Source: Candidatus Pelagibacter sp.
GTDB lineage: Bacteria; Pseudomonadota; Alphaproteobacteria; Pelagibacterales; Pelagibacteraceae
Reading direction: 5' to 3'
DNA: 64,000 nucleotides
Assembly (NCBI RefSeq): GCF_052049835.1
Contig: NZ_JBNGZF010000006.1
Location: 12,191 to 76,190 of the forward strand
Both the position numbers and the translations under genes were made by a program. The notes beneath the pieces are model-generated. The model had not been told where the DNA came from. It was given only the letters and a program-made list of their open reading frames with translations, and made no database searches. Numbering within the stretch: the first letter of the stretch is position 1; every line of letters starts with the position of its first letter. This document shows positions 47,821 through 57,455 of the stretch, one piece after another.

Positions 47821-48669
47821 ATGGACCTTGAAAAGATATTACCTAAAGATGGGCCACCAATTAATGAAGTAACTAAATATATTGAAAAATATAAAAATGA
47901 TTTAATAGTAATTAAATACGGTGGAAATGTTTTAATTGATAGAAACGTATTTAATAATTTTATAACTGATCTTAGTGTTTTAAATAAATTAGGCCTTACA
48001 ACTGTGGTAATTCATGGTGGTGGACCTAGAATTAAAAGAGAGCTAGAAAAATCAAATATTCAATCAAAATTTATAAGAGGACTAAGAGTAACTGACAAAA
48101 ATATAATTGATATTGTTGAATCTGTTTTAATTGATTTTAATAATGACATTGTTAATTCTTTGAAAGACAAAAACACAGAAGCAATCTCTATTCACACAAA
48201 AAATAATAATGTTATAAAAACTATACCAGAAGCAGAAGAGCTAGGATTTGTAGGAATACCAAATGAGATTAATAATGAACAAATATTAAATATAATTAAT
48301 CAAAATAAAATTCCTATAATCTCTCCATTAGGATTAGGTAAAGAAAACAAAACATATAATATTAATGGAGATACAGCTGCGATGGCTATAGCAAAATCTT
48401 TAAAATCTAGAAGACTATTGTTAATGACTAATGTTGACGGTGTTTTGGATAAAAATAAGAAGTTAATAGAGGAAATTTCTTCATCTGAAGTTCTTGAAAT
48501 GATTAAAGATGAAACTATTAGAGAAGGTATGATACCTAAAATAAACGCATGTTTAGACGCTGTAAATAATGGTGTAACAGCAGTTGGTATAATCAATGGC
48601 ACAAAGCCACATTCGTGTTTATGGGAAATATTCTCTGACAAGGGCTCTGGGACCCTAATAAGACAATGA
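47821..48669 (+). CDS. argB: Acetylglutamate kinase
   Basis: VIKYGGN, HGGGP, GLRVTD, NINGD, LMTNVDGV, GMIPK, GSGT. Confidence 0.96.
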   Translation: MDLEKILPKDGPPINEVTKYIEKYKNDLIVIKYGGNVLIDRNVFNNFITDLSVLNKLGLTTVVIHGGGPRIKRELEKSNIQSKFIRGLRVTDKNIIDIVESVLIDFNNDIVNSLKDKNTEAISIHTKNNNVIKTIPEAEELGFVGIPNEINNEQILNIINQNKIPIISPLGLGKENKTYNINGDTAAMAIAKSLKSRRLLLMTNVDGVLDKNKKLIEEISSSEVLEMIKDETIREGMIPKINACLDAVNNGVTAVGIINGTKPHSCLWEIFSDKGSGTLIRQ

Positions 48670-49337
48670 AAGAATTAAAGAATATCAAAAACATATTATT
48701 TGATTGTGATGGGGTGCTATATAGTGATCTTGAAGGAGTATTTGGTCAAGTAAGTAAAAAGATGACTCAATATATTTCGAATAAATTAAATATAGATTTA
48801 AAAGAGGCAAAAGAATTACAAACAAATTATTTTCATAAATATAATACTAGTCTTAATGGTTTAATGATACATCACGATATACCTCCAAGAGAATTTTTAG
48901 ACTACGTGCATGATATTAATTTAGATTTTTTAGAAAAAGATACTGCTTTAAGGAATGAACTGGAAAATATTAATCTAAACAAATTTGTGTTTACAAATGG
49001 TAGTAAAGAACATGTTAAAAATATTACTACTCACTTAGGAATTGATGATCAATTTGACGGTGTATTTGACATTGTTGATGCTGAGTACAGTCCAAAACCT
49101 GAGGCAAAAGCATTTGATCTGATGGTCAAAAAATTTCAAATTGATCCAACTGAGACACTTTATATTGAAGATATCGCAAAAAACTTATCTATTGGAAAAG
49201 AAAGAGGAGCAAAAACAGTTTGGTTAATCAATGATGAATACTGGGGGAAAAAGGAGTCTGATGAAGAGTATATTGATTACAAAATTGAAAATCTTTCTTT
49301 ATTTTTAAAAGAAATAAGGTTATTAAAAAACCCATAA
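48666..49337 (+). CDS. HAD-family pyrimidine 5'-nucleotidase
   Basis: FDCDGVLY (motif I), FTNG, PKP, IED...NL; usual position between argB and dapD. Confidence 0.9.
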   Translation: MKELKNIKNILFDCDGVLYSDLEGVFGQVSKKMTQYISNKLNIDLKEAKELQTNYFHKYNTSLNGLMIHHDIPPREFLDYVHDINLDFLEKDTALRNELENINLNKFVFTNGSKEHVKNITTHLGIDDQFDGVFDIVDAEYSPKPEAKAFDLMVKKFQIDPTETLYIEDIAKNLSIGKERGAKTVWLINDEYWGKKESDEEYIDYKIENLSLFLKEIRLLKNP

Positions 49338-49341
49338 AACT

Positions 49342-50169
49342 ATGAGTATTGAGAAAATTATAAATGAAGCTTGGGAAAATAAAGACCAAGTAAGTCAAAA
49401 TCCAGATAAATCTTTAAAGGATGCTGTGAATCAAATTATTGATGAATTAGACAGTGGAAAAGTAAGAGTAGCTGAAAAGATAAATGGTGAATGGGTAACA
49501 CATCAACATCTAAAAAAAGCTATAATGTTGAGCTTTAGAATGTATCCAATGGAAAATTTAAATGGTCCATACAGTAGCTGGTATGACAAAGCTCATTTAC
49601 TTAAAGGAAAAACAGCTGGATGGACAAAAGAAGATCATGAAAAAGCTGGTTTTAGAATGGTGCCTAATTCGCCAGTAAGAAAAGGATCATTTGTAGGAAA
49701 GAATGCGGTTTTGATGCCTTGTTATGTAAATATTGGAGCGTATATTGATGAAGGAACAATGATGGATACATTTAGTCGTGCTGGAAGTTGTTGTCAGATT
49801 GGAAAAAATTGTCATATCTCTGCAGGTTCTGGAATTGGGGGCGTCTTGGAGCCCGCTCAAGCATTACCAACAATTATTGAGGATAATGTTTTTGTTGGGG
49901 CGATGTCTGAGGTTGTTGAAGGTGTGATAGTTGGAGAAGGCTCTGTATTAAGTATGGGTATGCTAATTACTCAAAGTACTAAAATAATAACGCGTTCAAC
50001 AGGAGAGATTACTTATGGGAAAATTCCTCCATACTCAGTTGTTGTACCAGGTTCTTTACCAGATAAAAACAATCCATCTGCACCATCTTTAAGCTGTGCA
50101 GTGATTATTAAACAAGTTGATGAAAAAACGAGATCTAAAACATCAGTTAACGATCTTTTAAGAGATTAA
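49342..50169 (+). CDS. dapD: Tetrahydrodipicolinate N-succinyltransferase
   Basis: LKKAIMLSF, WYDK, FRMVP, VNIGAYIDEG, GIGGVLEP, VDEKTRSKTSVNDLLR. Confidence 0.97.
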   Translation: MSIEKIINEAWENKDQVSQNPDKSLKDAVNQIIDELDSGKVRVAEKINGEWVTHQHLKKAIMLSFRMYPMENLNGPYSSWYDKAHLLKGKTAGWTKEDHEKAGFRMVPNSPVRKGSFVGKNAVLMPCYVNIGAYIDEGTMMDTFSRAGSCCQIGKNCHISAGSGIGGVLEPAQALPTIIEDNVFVGAMSEVVEGVIVGEGSVLSMGMLITQSTKIITRSTGEITYGKIPPYSVVVPGSLPDKNNPSAPSLSCAVIIKQVDEKTRSKTSVNDLLRD

Positions 50170-50170
50170 A

Positions 50171-51328
50171 ATGCCAACAATAAATGAATTACAGTTAGCT
50201 AAAGAGCTAATTAGGTTTCCATCTGTTACAAAAACTGATGCCGGTGTTATTAAATTTTTAGAAAAAAAATTAAAAAAAATTGGCTTTAAAACTAAAATTC
50301 TCGAGTTTAAAGATAAAAATAGTTATCCTGTAAAAAACCTTTACGCAAGACTTGGTAACACAAGTCCAAATTTTTGTTATGCAGGTCATTTGGATGTTGT
50401 ACCACCTGGTAATTTAAATGATTGGACTGTTAATCCATTCAAACCTGCTGTTAAGAAAGGATACTTAATTGGCAGAGGCGCAAATGATATGAAAAGCTCA
50501 ATAGCTGCATTTGTTACTGCGGTAAGTAATTTTGCTAAAATAAATAAAAAATTCGATGGGTCTATTAGCCTTTTAATTACTGGGGACGAAGAAGGAATTG
50601 CAATTAATGGAACAAAAAAAGTTGTTGAGTATTTGAGAAAAAGAAAAGAAAAAATAGATTTTTGCTTAGTAGGAGAACCTACGAATCCAAATAAATTAGG
50701 AGAAATGATTAAAATTGGTCGTAGAGGTAGTATGACTGGAAAATTGACTGTCATTGGTATTCAAGGTCATGTGGCTTACCCTAACAGAGCAAACAATCCA
50801 TCAACAGCTTTGGTCCAAATACTAAAAGAGTTAAAAGAAATTAAATTTGATAAAGGAACAAAAGATTTTCAACCTACAAATTTAGAAATAACAAAAATTA
50901 ACATCGATAATTCAGCTGATAATGTAATTCCAGGATTAGCTAGCGCATCCTTTAATATTAGATTTAATAACAAACACACATCTTACAAATTAAAGAATAA
51001 AATAAATAAAATAATTAAAAAAATTTGTAAAAAAAATAAATCAAAATATAAAATCGAATATAGTGTTTCTGGTGAGGCTTTTTTAACTAAGCCAAACAAA
51101 ACTACATTTATGATACGAAATACAATTAAAAAGATTACTAAAATTAAACCTAAATTATCTACAACTGGTGGTACATCGGATGCAAGATTTATAAAAAAAA
51201 TAGCTCCATGTTTAGAATTTGGATTAGTGGGAAAAACTATGCATAAGATAGGGGAATGTGTGTCTCTATCTGATTTAAAAAGATTAACTTTAATTTATAG
51301 CAAAATCTTAGATAACTATTTTAAGTGA
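50171..51328 (+). CDS. dapE: Succinyl-diaminopimelate desuccinylase
   Basis: AGHLDVVP, GRGANDMKS, TGDEE, VGEP, GRRGS, QGHVAYP, GGTSDARF, MHK. Confidence 0.97.
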   Translation: MPTINELQLAKELIRFPSVTKTDAGVIKFLEKKLKKIGFKTKILEFKDKNSYPVKNLYARLGNTSPNFCYAGHLDVVPPGNLNDWTVNPFKPAVKKGYLIGRGANDMKSSIAAFVTAVSNFAKINKKFDGSISLLITGDEEGIAINGTKKVVEYLRKRKEKIDFCLVGEPTNPNKLGEMIKIGRRGSMTGKLTVIGIQGHVAYPNRANNPSTALVQILKELKEIKFDKGTKDFQPTNLEITKINIDNSADNVIPGLASASFNIRFNNKHTSYKLKNKINKIIKKICKKNKSKYKIEYSVSGEAFLTKPNKTTFMIRNTIKKITKIKPKLSTTGGTSDARFIKKIAPCLEFGLVGKTMHKIGECVSLSDLKRLTLIYSKILDNYFK

Positions 51329-52254
51329 AAACTGGTTTAATTACATCAGACACATCTCAAAATCATGATACAGGTCCTGGGCATCCAGAACAAATAGCAA
51401 GAGTATCAGTAATAGTAGAAAATTTTAAAAAATTTAATTATAAAAATCTTATATGGAAGAAACCATCTAAAGTTTCAGATGATATTCTCTTAACTACACA
51501 TGAAAAGAATTATTTAAATTTAGTAAAAAGTTCTTTTCCAAAAAAAGGTTTTTCTTCACTTGATGGAGATACAATCATTTCACCTGGAAGCAAAGATGCA
51601 ACTTTCGATGCAGTTGGATCAATAATTGCTGCAATTGATGGAGTAGAAAAAAAAGAATTTAGAAATGCATTTTGTGGTGTTCGACCTCCTGGACATCATA
51701 GTTCACAAAATAAAGCAGCTGGTTTTTGTATTTTAAATTCAGTGAGTATTGGTGCAAATTATTTGTTGAAAAAATATAAATATAAGAAAGTTGCAATAAT
51801 AGATTTTGATGTACATCATGGTAATGGAACACAGGATATTTTTTATGAAAATGAAAATGTTCTTTTTATATCAACTCACCAATATCCCTACTACCCTGGA
51901 ACTGGCTCAGAACAAGAAAGAGGTAAATTTAAAAATATCTTTAATATACCTTTGCCAGCTGGGATAAGTTCAGAAGAATATTTAAACGTATTTGATCATG
52001 TATTGAAAAAATTAGAAGAGTTTAAACCAGAGTTTATATTGATTAGCGCTGGTTTTGATGCCCATGAGGATGATCCTCTTGCTCAATTTAATTTAAAAAC
52101 AGAGGACTATTTTACTATTACCAAAAGAATATTAGAGGCTTCTAAAAAATTTTGTAATGGAAAAGTTGTTTCAATTTTAGAGGGTGGTTACGACTTAAAT
52201 GCACTTCGAGATAGCACTAAAAGACACGTTGATGCTCTTTTAGAATTTAATTGA
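51325..52254 (+). CDS. Zn-dependent histone deacetylase family (lysine/polyamine deacetylase), GTG start
   Basis: HPE...R, RPPGHH, GFC, DFDVHHGNGT, SAGFDAH, LEGGY all intact. Confidence 0.95.
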   Translation: MKTGLITSDTSQNHDTGPGHPEQIARVSVIVENFKKFNYKNLIWKKPSKVSDDILLTTHEKNYLNLVKSSFPKKGFSSLDGDTIISPGSKDATFDAVGSIIAAIDGVEKKEFRNAFCGVRPPGHHSSQNKAAGFCILNSVSIGANYLLKKYKYKKVAIIDFDVHHGNGTQDIFYENENVLFISTHQYPYYPGTGSEQERGKFKNIFNIPLPAGISSEEYLNVFDHVLKKLEEFKPEFILISAGFDAHEDDPLAQFNLKTEDYFTITKRILEASKKFCNGKVVSILEGGYDLNALRDSTKRHVDALLEFN

Positions 52255-52267
52255 TAATTCTTTAGAA

Positions 52268-52783
52268 AACTCTAAATAAAAATCTTCATGAAATTATATA
52301 AAATAAAAAAATCTGGAATTGATAATAAAGGAAGAGGGCTTTATGCAACTCGTGACATTAAAGAAGGAACCAAAATAATTGACTATGTAGGAAAACTTAT
52401 AACAAAAAAACAAACACAAGTTTCTGATAAGTACGATAATAGTAAACCGATATATTTATTCACAATAAATAAAAGATACGATCTAGATGGAGATTTTCCA
52501 TGGAATACCGCAGGTTTAATAAACCATTCTTGTGATAATAATTGTGATTACGATGGAAAGGGATTGAAAATTTGGGTTAAAGCAATCAAAGATATTAAAA
52601 AAGGTGAGGAGTTTACTTGTGACTATGGATTTGGTTATGATGAAAACTACAAACAATTTCCTTGTAAATGTAAATCAAAAAACTGTTGTGGATATATCGT
52701 AAGAGCTGAGTCTAGATGGCGAATAAATAAAAAGTTTGCTATGAGCAATAAAAATAAATTAATAAAGAACTCTAAATAAAAAT
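52268..52783. repeat. 16-bp direct repeat flanking the SET gene
   Basis: AACTCTAAATAAAAAT at 52268-52283 and 52768-52783. The second copy is within the truA 3' end. Confidence 0.85.
52288..52779 (+). CDS. SET-domain protein-lysine methyltransferase with post-SET cysteines
   Basis: GRGLYA, GLINHSCDNNC, GEEFTCDYG, post-SET CKCKSKNCCGY. Confidence 0.95.
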   Translation: MKLYKIKKSGIDNKGRGLYATRDIKEGTKIIDYVGKLITKKQTQVSDKYDNSKPIYLFTINKRYDLDGDFPWNTAGLINHSCDNNCDYDGKGLKIWVKAIKDIKKGEEFTCDYGFGYDENYKQFPCKCKSKNCCGYIVRAESRWRINKKFAMSNKNKLIKNSK

Positions 52784-53499
52784 AAACCACTTGGTGGTGC
52801 TGGAGGAGCACACAGTGTTCTTTTTTTTGACTTAAATCTTTTTTCAAAAGTTTTCAAATCCCATTTCTTTTCCCCCAAATATTTTAAACAACCAACCATA
52901 GATCTGACCTGATGTTGTAAAAAAGATTGAGAACTAAATTGAAATTCAATTTTGTTTTTTGATGATTTAATTTTTATTGATTTTATAGTTTTAATTGGAC
53001 TTTTTGCATGACAGCTTGATGATCTAAAAGTTGAATAATCATGGGTTCCTAATAACTTTTTTGCACCCCTTTTCATTAATTCTAAATCTAAAGGCTTACG
53101 AACATGCCATGCTCTATTTTTTTCAATTATTGGTTGGCTTATTTGATTAAATATAAAGTATTTATAAATTCTTTGTTTTGCTGAAAATCTAGCATGAAAT
53201 TTATTATTTCTTTTTTTAATATTTTTAATTGCAATGTCTTTTAAATTTAAAAAATGATTTATGGATTTTAAAAATTTAATTGTATCAATTATTTTATTTT
53301 TACAATCAAAGTGTGCAGATTGCTCAAATGCATGAACCCCTGCATCAGTTCTTCCTTGACCATGTAAAACAATTTTTTCTTTTAATAATTTTGATAATTT
53401 TTCTTGAATTAATCCTTGTATTGTCGAACCCTTTTTTTGAATTTGCCATCCTCTAAAATTTGTCCCTACATACTCAATAAGTATTTGGTATCTATTCAT
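52759..53499 (-). CDS. truA: tRNA pseudouridine(38-40) synthase
   Basis: IEYVGTNFRGWQIQ, GRTDAGVHA, HARFSA, GTHDYSTF, FLQHQVRSMVG, APPSGL. Confidence 0.97.
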   Translation of the reverse strand: MNRYQILIEYVGTNFRGWQIQKKGSTIQGLIQEKLSKLLKEKIVLHGQGRTDAGVHAFEQSAHFDCKNKIIDTIKFLKSINHFLNLKDIAIKNIKKRNNKFHARFSAKQRIYKYFIFNQISQPIIEKNRAWHVRKPLDLELMKRGAKKLLGTHDYSTFRSSSCHAKSPIKTIKSIKIKSSKNKIEFQFSSQSFLQHQVRSMVGCLKYLGEKKWDLKTFEKRFKSKKRTLCAPPAPPSGLFLFRVLY

Positions 53500-54422
53500 T
53501 ATAGAAATGAACCCTTTTTAATTTGTGTTCCTAAAACAAATTCTCCAATACTTTGAGGCTTTTTTCCTTGTCTTTGTATTTCTTTAATTTTTATTGATTT
53601 TTTATCTCCACATGAAATTTCTAAGTGATCAGATAAAACTTCACCTGGTTTTCCTTGCGCTTGTCCAATTTCTGCTTTTAATATTTTATATCTCTCACCG
53701 TTAAAAATGAAATAAGCACCTGGAACCGGATAAAGTCCATTTATTTTACCAATTATAATTTTAGCATCTTCTTTCCAATTAATTTGCCCCTCTAATTTTT
53801 GAATTTTTGATGCGTATGTGGCTGATGAGTGATCTTGTTCTATAAAGTTTGCTTTATCCTCATATATATCATCTATATTATCTAAAATTTTCTCTGCAGC
53901 CAAACTTGATAGCTTTTCATTAATATCTTCAGCATTTAAATTATTTTCTATATTAATTTTATAAACATTACATACTGGTCCTGTATCTAGTTCCTCCCCT
54001 ATTTTCATAATACTAATTCCTGTCTCTTTATCTAAATTCATAATTGATCTTTGAATAGGAGCAGCACCTCTCCATTTTGGAAGAATTGATGCATGTATAT
54101 TAATAAATCCTTTTTTAGTTAAATTTAAATATGACTTTGGTATAATTTGACCATAAGCAACCACTATTGCCAAATCTGCCTCTAAAGATTTAAAATATTT
54201 AAATTCCTCTGAATTTTCTTTCAATGAATTTGGTGTTCTAAATTCTATGTTTAAAGTTTCTGAAATTAATTGAATTGGTGACTTGTTAATTTTTTGACCT
54301 CTTTTAGATTTTTGAGGGGGTTGTGTATAAACACAAGAAATAGGATATCCATTTTGATAAAGCGATTTTAAAATTGGAACAGCGAACATGGGAGTACCCA
54401 TAAAAACTATTTTTTTTAGCAT
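53499..54422 (-). CDS. fmt: Methionyl-tRNA formyltransferase
   Basis: FMGTPMFA, VVAYGQI, NIHASILPKWRGAAPIQ, LDTGP. Confidence 0.97.
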   Translation of the reverse strand: MLKKIVFMGTPMFAVPILKSLYQNGYPISCVYTQPPQKSKRGQKINKSPIQLISETLNIEFRTPNSLKENSEEFKYFKSLEADLAIVVAYGQIIPKSYLNLTKKGFINIHASILPKWRGAAPIQRSIMNLDKETGISIMKIGEELDTGPVCNVYKINIENNLNAEDINEKLSSLAAEKILDNIDDIYEDKANFIEQDHSSATYASKIQKLEGQINWKEDAKIIIGKINGLYPVPGAYFIFNGERYKILKAEIGQAQGKPGEVLSDHLEISCGDKKSIKIKEIQRQGKKPQSIGEFVLGTQIKKGSFL

Positions 54423-54424
54423 GT

Positions 54425-54943
54425 TTAAAGAATTGCTGATGAAGATTTTTTCTTAGATAATTTTTTAATTATCATTGATTTTTTTAATTTCGAAAGATAA
54501 TCAATAAATAGTATCCCCTCTAAATGGTCCATTTCATGCTGAATACATGTTGCAAGAAGACCATCTGCCTTTAGCAATTTCTTTTCTCCATCATAATCAA
54601 GATATTCTACTTCACACTTACTAGGTCTATCAATTTCTGCAAACTGATTTGGTACAGAAAGACATCCTTCCTCATAAGTTGCTTTTTCTGGATCTTTATT
54701 TTTGATAACCGGATTTACAAAATATCTTGGCTCTTTTTTACTCTCATCTTTACTTATATCCATTACAATAATTCTCTTTGGTACACCAACTTGTATCGCC
54801 GCGAGACCAATTCCGTTTGCGTCATACATTGTCTCTAGCATATCATCCATCAATTTTTGCTCTTCCTTACCAACACTATTGACTGGTTTAGATATTTGCC
54901 TAAGTAATTTATTAGGTTCTGTTATTATAGTTCTGATAGCCAT
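54425..54943 (-). CDS. def: Peptide deformylase
   Basis: GIGLAAIQ, EGCLS, QHEMDHLEG. Confidence 0.98.
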   Translation of the reverse strand: MAIRTIITEPNKLLRQISKPVNSVGKEEQKLMDDMLETMYDANGIGLAAIQVGVPKRIIVMDISKDESKKEPRYFVNPVIKNKDPEKATYEEGCLSVPNQFAEIDRPSKCEVEYLDYDGEKKLLKADGLLATCIQHEMDHLEGILFIDYLSKLKKSMIIKKLSKKKSSSAIL

Positions 54944-54964
54944 AACTTGATTTTATTATAATTT

Positions 54965-56728
54965 TTATACTTTTAAAGGAAGAACTTTTAGCAATAGTTT
55001 GTTTCTAATTAAATCAACATTTAATTGATTTAAAGTATTGATAATAAAATAAACTGTATCTTCATCAATATTTTCAATTTTGTCAGGTCCAATTACCTCA
55101 ATTATTCTCAACAATGCGGCACCAATCTCATTATTATCTATCATTGTTTGAATATCGGCAGGCATTTCTGATTGCTTCACCTCATAAAGACTGTCATATT
55201 TTTTTGAAATTTCAACTCCGTCAGATTTAAGCGCCTCTAGAAAAATTATATCTTTTTTTGATAAAAAATATTTTTTATCTTTTTTAATTTTCTTTAAAAA
55301 TTTATCTAGATCCTCTTCAATTTTAGATTTTGCATAGTCCCCATTGAAATAATTTATAAGTTTTGATTGGTGTAAAATTTTACTATTGTATTTAATTTTT
55401 TTATCTGTTGTCTCTTTCTTGTTTAGATTACTATAGTAAAATGTTGTAAAATTTGATGGAACATCCTCAACATTAATTTCAGCTAAAAATTTTTTTAATT
55501 CTAAATCAAAGGCATCACCTATATCATCAGATATAAATAGATCCTTTAAAATCTTCATAAATTCTAATTTGATTTTTGGTTCTTCTGTTAAAAGAGTTCT
55601 TTGATATAAAAGAGCACGTCCCTCGATTGAAGATAAAGATTTATACGACTCTTTTGCGTTTAAAAATTGATTAATATTAAATTGGAATTTTTTATAAAAT
55701 TCGAATAACTCCTCTTCGGAATAATTTTTATCATTAACAGCTTTTTCTATTGTAGAAATCTTTTCTACATCAGTAATTTCTATATCTTGAATTTTAAAAA
55801 GTAAATTAGCAGCTGAAAGATATTTCCAAATTATTTTAGGTGTATCTTCTGTTGGTTCATAATTAAACTCAGGGTTAGTTCTATGAGCTAAATGAAAATC
55901 TAAAATTGAATTTATTGATATTTCTTTATCTGCCTCATCTAAATATCCAAATAAATAATTTATTTTGTTTTCGTAATAAATATCTTCAAAACCTAACTCT
56001 TTTTTTAAATCTAAGATAAGTTGTGCTTCTTCATTTTTTCCATAATTGATTAAACAATATAAATTAAATTTTGATAGATATTCATCTTGAATGGGTTCAG
56101 AATTTTTAGAAAAAATCTCACATGATTTTTTTACGTTTGATTCTGATAAATAAGTATCTACCAAATATCTTGTTAAATTTGGATGTAAATTTATTATTTG
56201 ATTTTTAATTAAATATTCTTCTATTAATTCTAAGTTTGCATCTTTTATTAACCAATCAGATTTAAAGCTCATAAATTCTTTCTCGGTAATATTTTGAGTT
56301 GGAGAATAAGCGTTGGTTAATAAAGATATGTGCATTATATCAGATGCATCCTCTGAAAGATTAAACTTATTGATATTCTGAAATAAATTTTTTAATTTAG
56401 TTCCATCAGAATTTGACCACATATCCATAGTCAAACCGTATTCACTAGGATCATATAGTCCAATAATTTTAATTTCTTTTGATGAAAATTCTTTATCAAG
56501 TTTAATACTATCTGTTTGTTTATTTGTTTGTAATTCGTAAATACTATTCTGAGTAGTGCCACTAGAATTTTCACTTGAAATATTTGTTTCTGAAATAACT
56601 TGATTATCTTTTTTTTCTATATTCCAAATATCAATCGGTTTCTCCTCTGCAAACGCAGGTGTAAAAAAAATAAGACAAACTAATGTGATTAAAAAAATTT
56701 TCTTATTTAACAATTTTAAAATTTTCAT
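54965..56728 (-). CDS. Conserved exported hypothetical protein (about 587 aa, probably alpha-helical)
   Basis: Signal-peptide-like N-terminus from ATG 56728 (MKILKLLNKKIFLITLVCLIFFTPAFA|EE), then a low-complexity linker; no catalytic motif recognised. Confidence 0.8.
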   Translation of the reverse strand: MKILKLLNKKIFLITLVCLIFFTPAFAEEKPIDIWNIEKKDNQVISETNISSENSSGTTQNSIYELQTNKQTDSIKLDKEFSSKEIKIIGLYDPSEYGLTMDMWSNSDGTKLKNLFQNINKFNLSEDASDIMHISLLTNAYSPTQNITEKEFMSFKSDWLIKDANLELIEEYLIKNQIINLHPNLTRYLVDTYLSESNVKKSCEIFSKNSEPIQDEYLSKFNLYCLINYGKNEEAQLILDLKKELGFEDIYYENKINYLFGYLDEADKEISINSILDFHLAHRTNPEFNYEPTEDTPKIIWKYLSAANLLFKIQDIEITDVEKISTIEKAVNDKNYSEEELFEFYKKFQFNINQFLNAKESYKSLSSIEGRALLYQRTLLTEEPKIKLEFMKILKDLFISDDIGDAFDLELKKFLAEINVEDVPSNFTTFYYSNLNKKETTDKKIKYNSKILHQSKLINYFNGDYAKSKIEEDLDKFLKKIKKDKKYFLSKKDIIFLEALKSDGVEISKKYDSLYEVKQSEMPADIQTMIDNNEIGAALLRIIEVIGPDKIENIDEDTVYFIINTLNQLNVDLIRNKLLLKVLPLKV

Positions 56729-56885
56729 TTGGAATAATTTTTTCAATTTCTTTTTTAGGTGCAGGAAAATCAATTGTACTTAGAAAAAAAATAATACCTA
56801 AAATAACCCCTAATCCGATTATAGATTTAATTACAAGTCCTATGATACTTGCTTTGCCTGAACTTGTGTTTTTAATGAATTGCAT
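56703..56885 (-). CDS. 60-aa single-TM hypothetical protein
   Basis: TM segment IIGLGVILGIIFFLSTI followed by PAPKKEIEKIIPN; divergent from aroK and co-oriented with the downstream exported protein. Confidence 0.75.
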   Translation of the reverse strand: MQFIKNTSSGKASIIGLVIKSIIGLGVILGIIFFLSTIDFPAPKKEIEKIIPNENFKIVK

Positions 56886-56942
56886 ATACTTTTAGATAAT
56901 TTCAAATTAAGACATATTTATGTTTTTTCAATAAAGAAACTT

Positions 56943-57455
56943 ATGAAATCAAAAGAAAATCTAGTTTTTTTGGGGATGATGGGTTCTGGTAAGAGCTCTA
57001 TTGGATCTTTAGTAGCTAAGAAATTAAAATTAAATTTTGTAGATATCGATAAAGAAATTGAAAAAAATTTAAACATTACAATAAAAAAAATCTTTGAAGT
57101 TAAAGGTGAGAATTATTTTAGAAAAATTGAAGAACAAACAACTTTAAAAAAGCTTAAATTAAGCTCTACTGTGATTTCACTTGGTGGGGGAGCATTTACA
57201 AATAACAATATTAGGAAAGAAATTTTAAAAAATCATTTATCTTTTTGGCTAAATTGGGATGATAAAACATTGTTAAATAGAATTAAAAACAGTAAAAAAA
57301 GACCATTAGCGATTAATGCAACCGATATTGAGTTAATTGATTTAATTAAGAAACGATCTAGCATTTATTCTAAAGCTTTATATGAGATAAAGTGTGATAA
57401 TCTTACTAAAAGTGAAATAGTAAATAAAATAGTAAAAATTTATGAAACAAACTAG
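56943..57455 (+). CDS. aroK: Shikimate kinase
   Basis: Walker A GMMGSGKSSIG, FVDID, GENYFR, SLGGGAF, RPL. ATG at 56943 preferred over the track start at 56880. Confidence 0.95.
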   Translation: MKSKENLVFLGMMGSGKSSIGSLVAKKLKLNFVDIDKEIEKNLNITIKKIFEVKGENYFRKIEEQTTLKKLKLSSTVISLGGGAFTNNNIRKEILKNHLSFWLNWDDKTLLNRIKNSKKRPLAINATDIELIDLIKKRSSIYSKALYEIKCDNLTKSEIVNKIVKIYETN

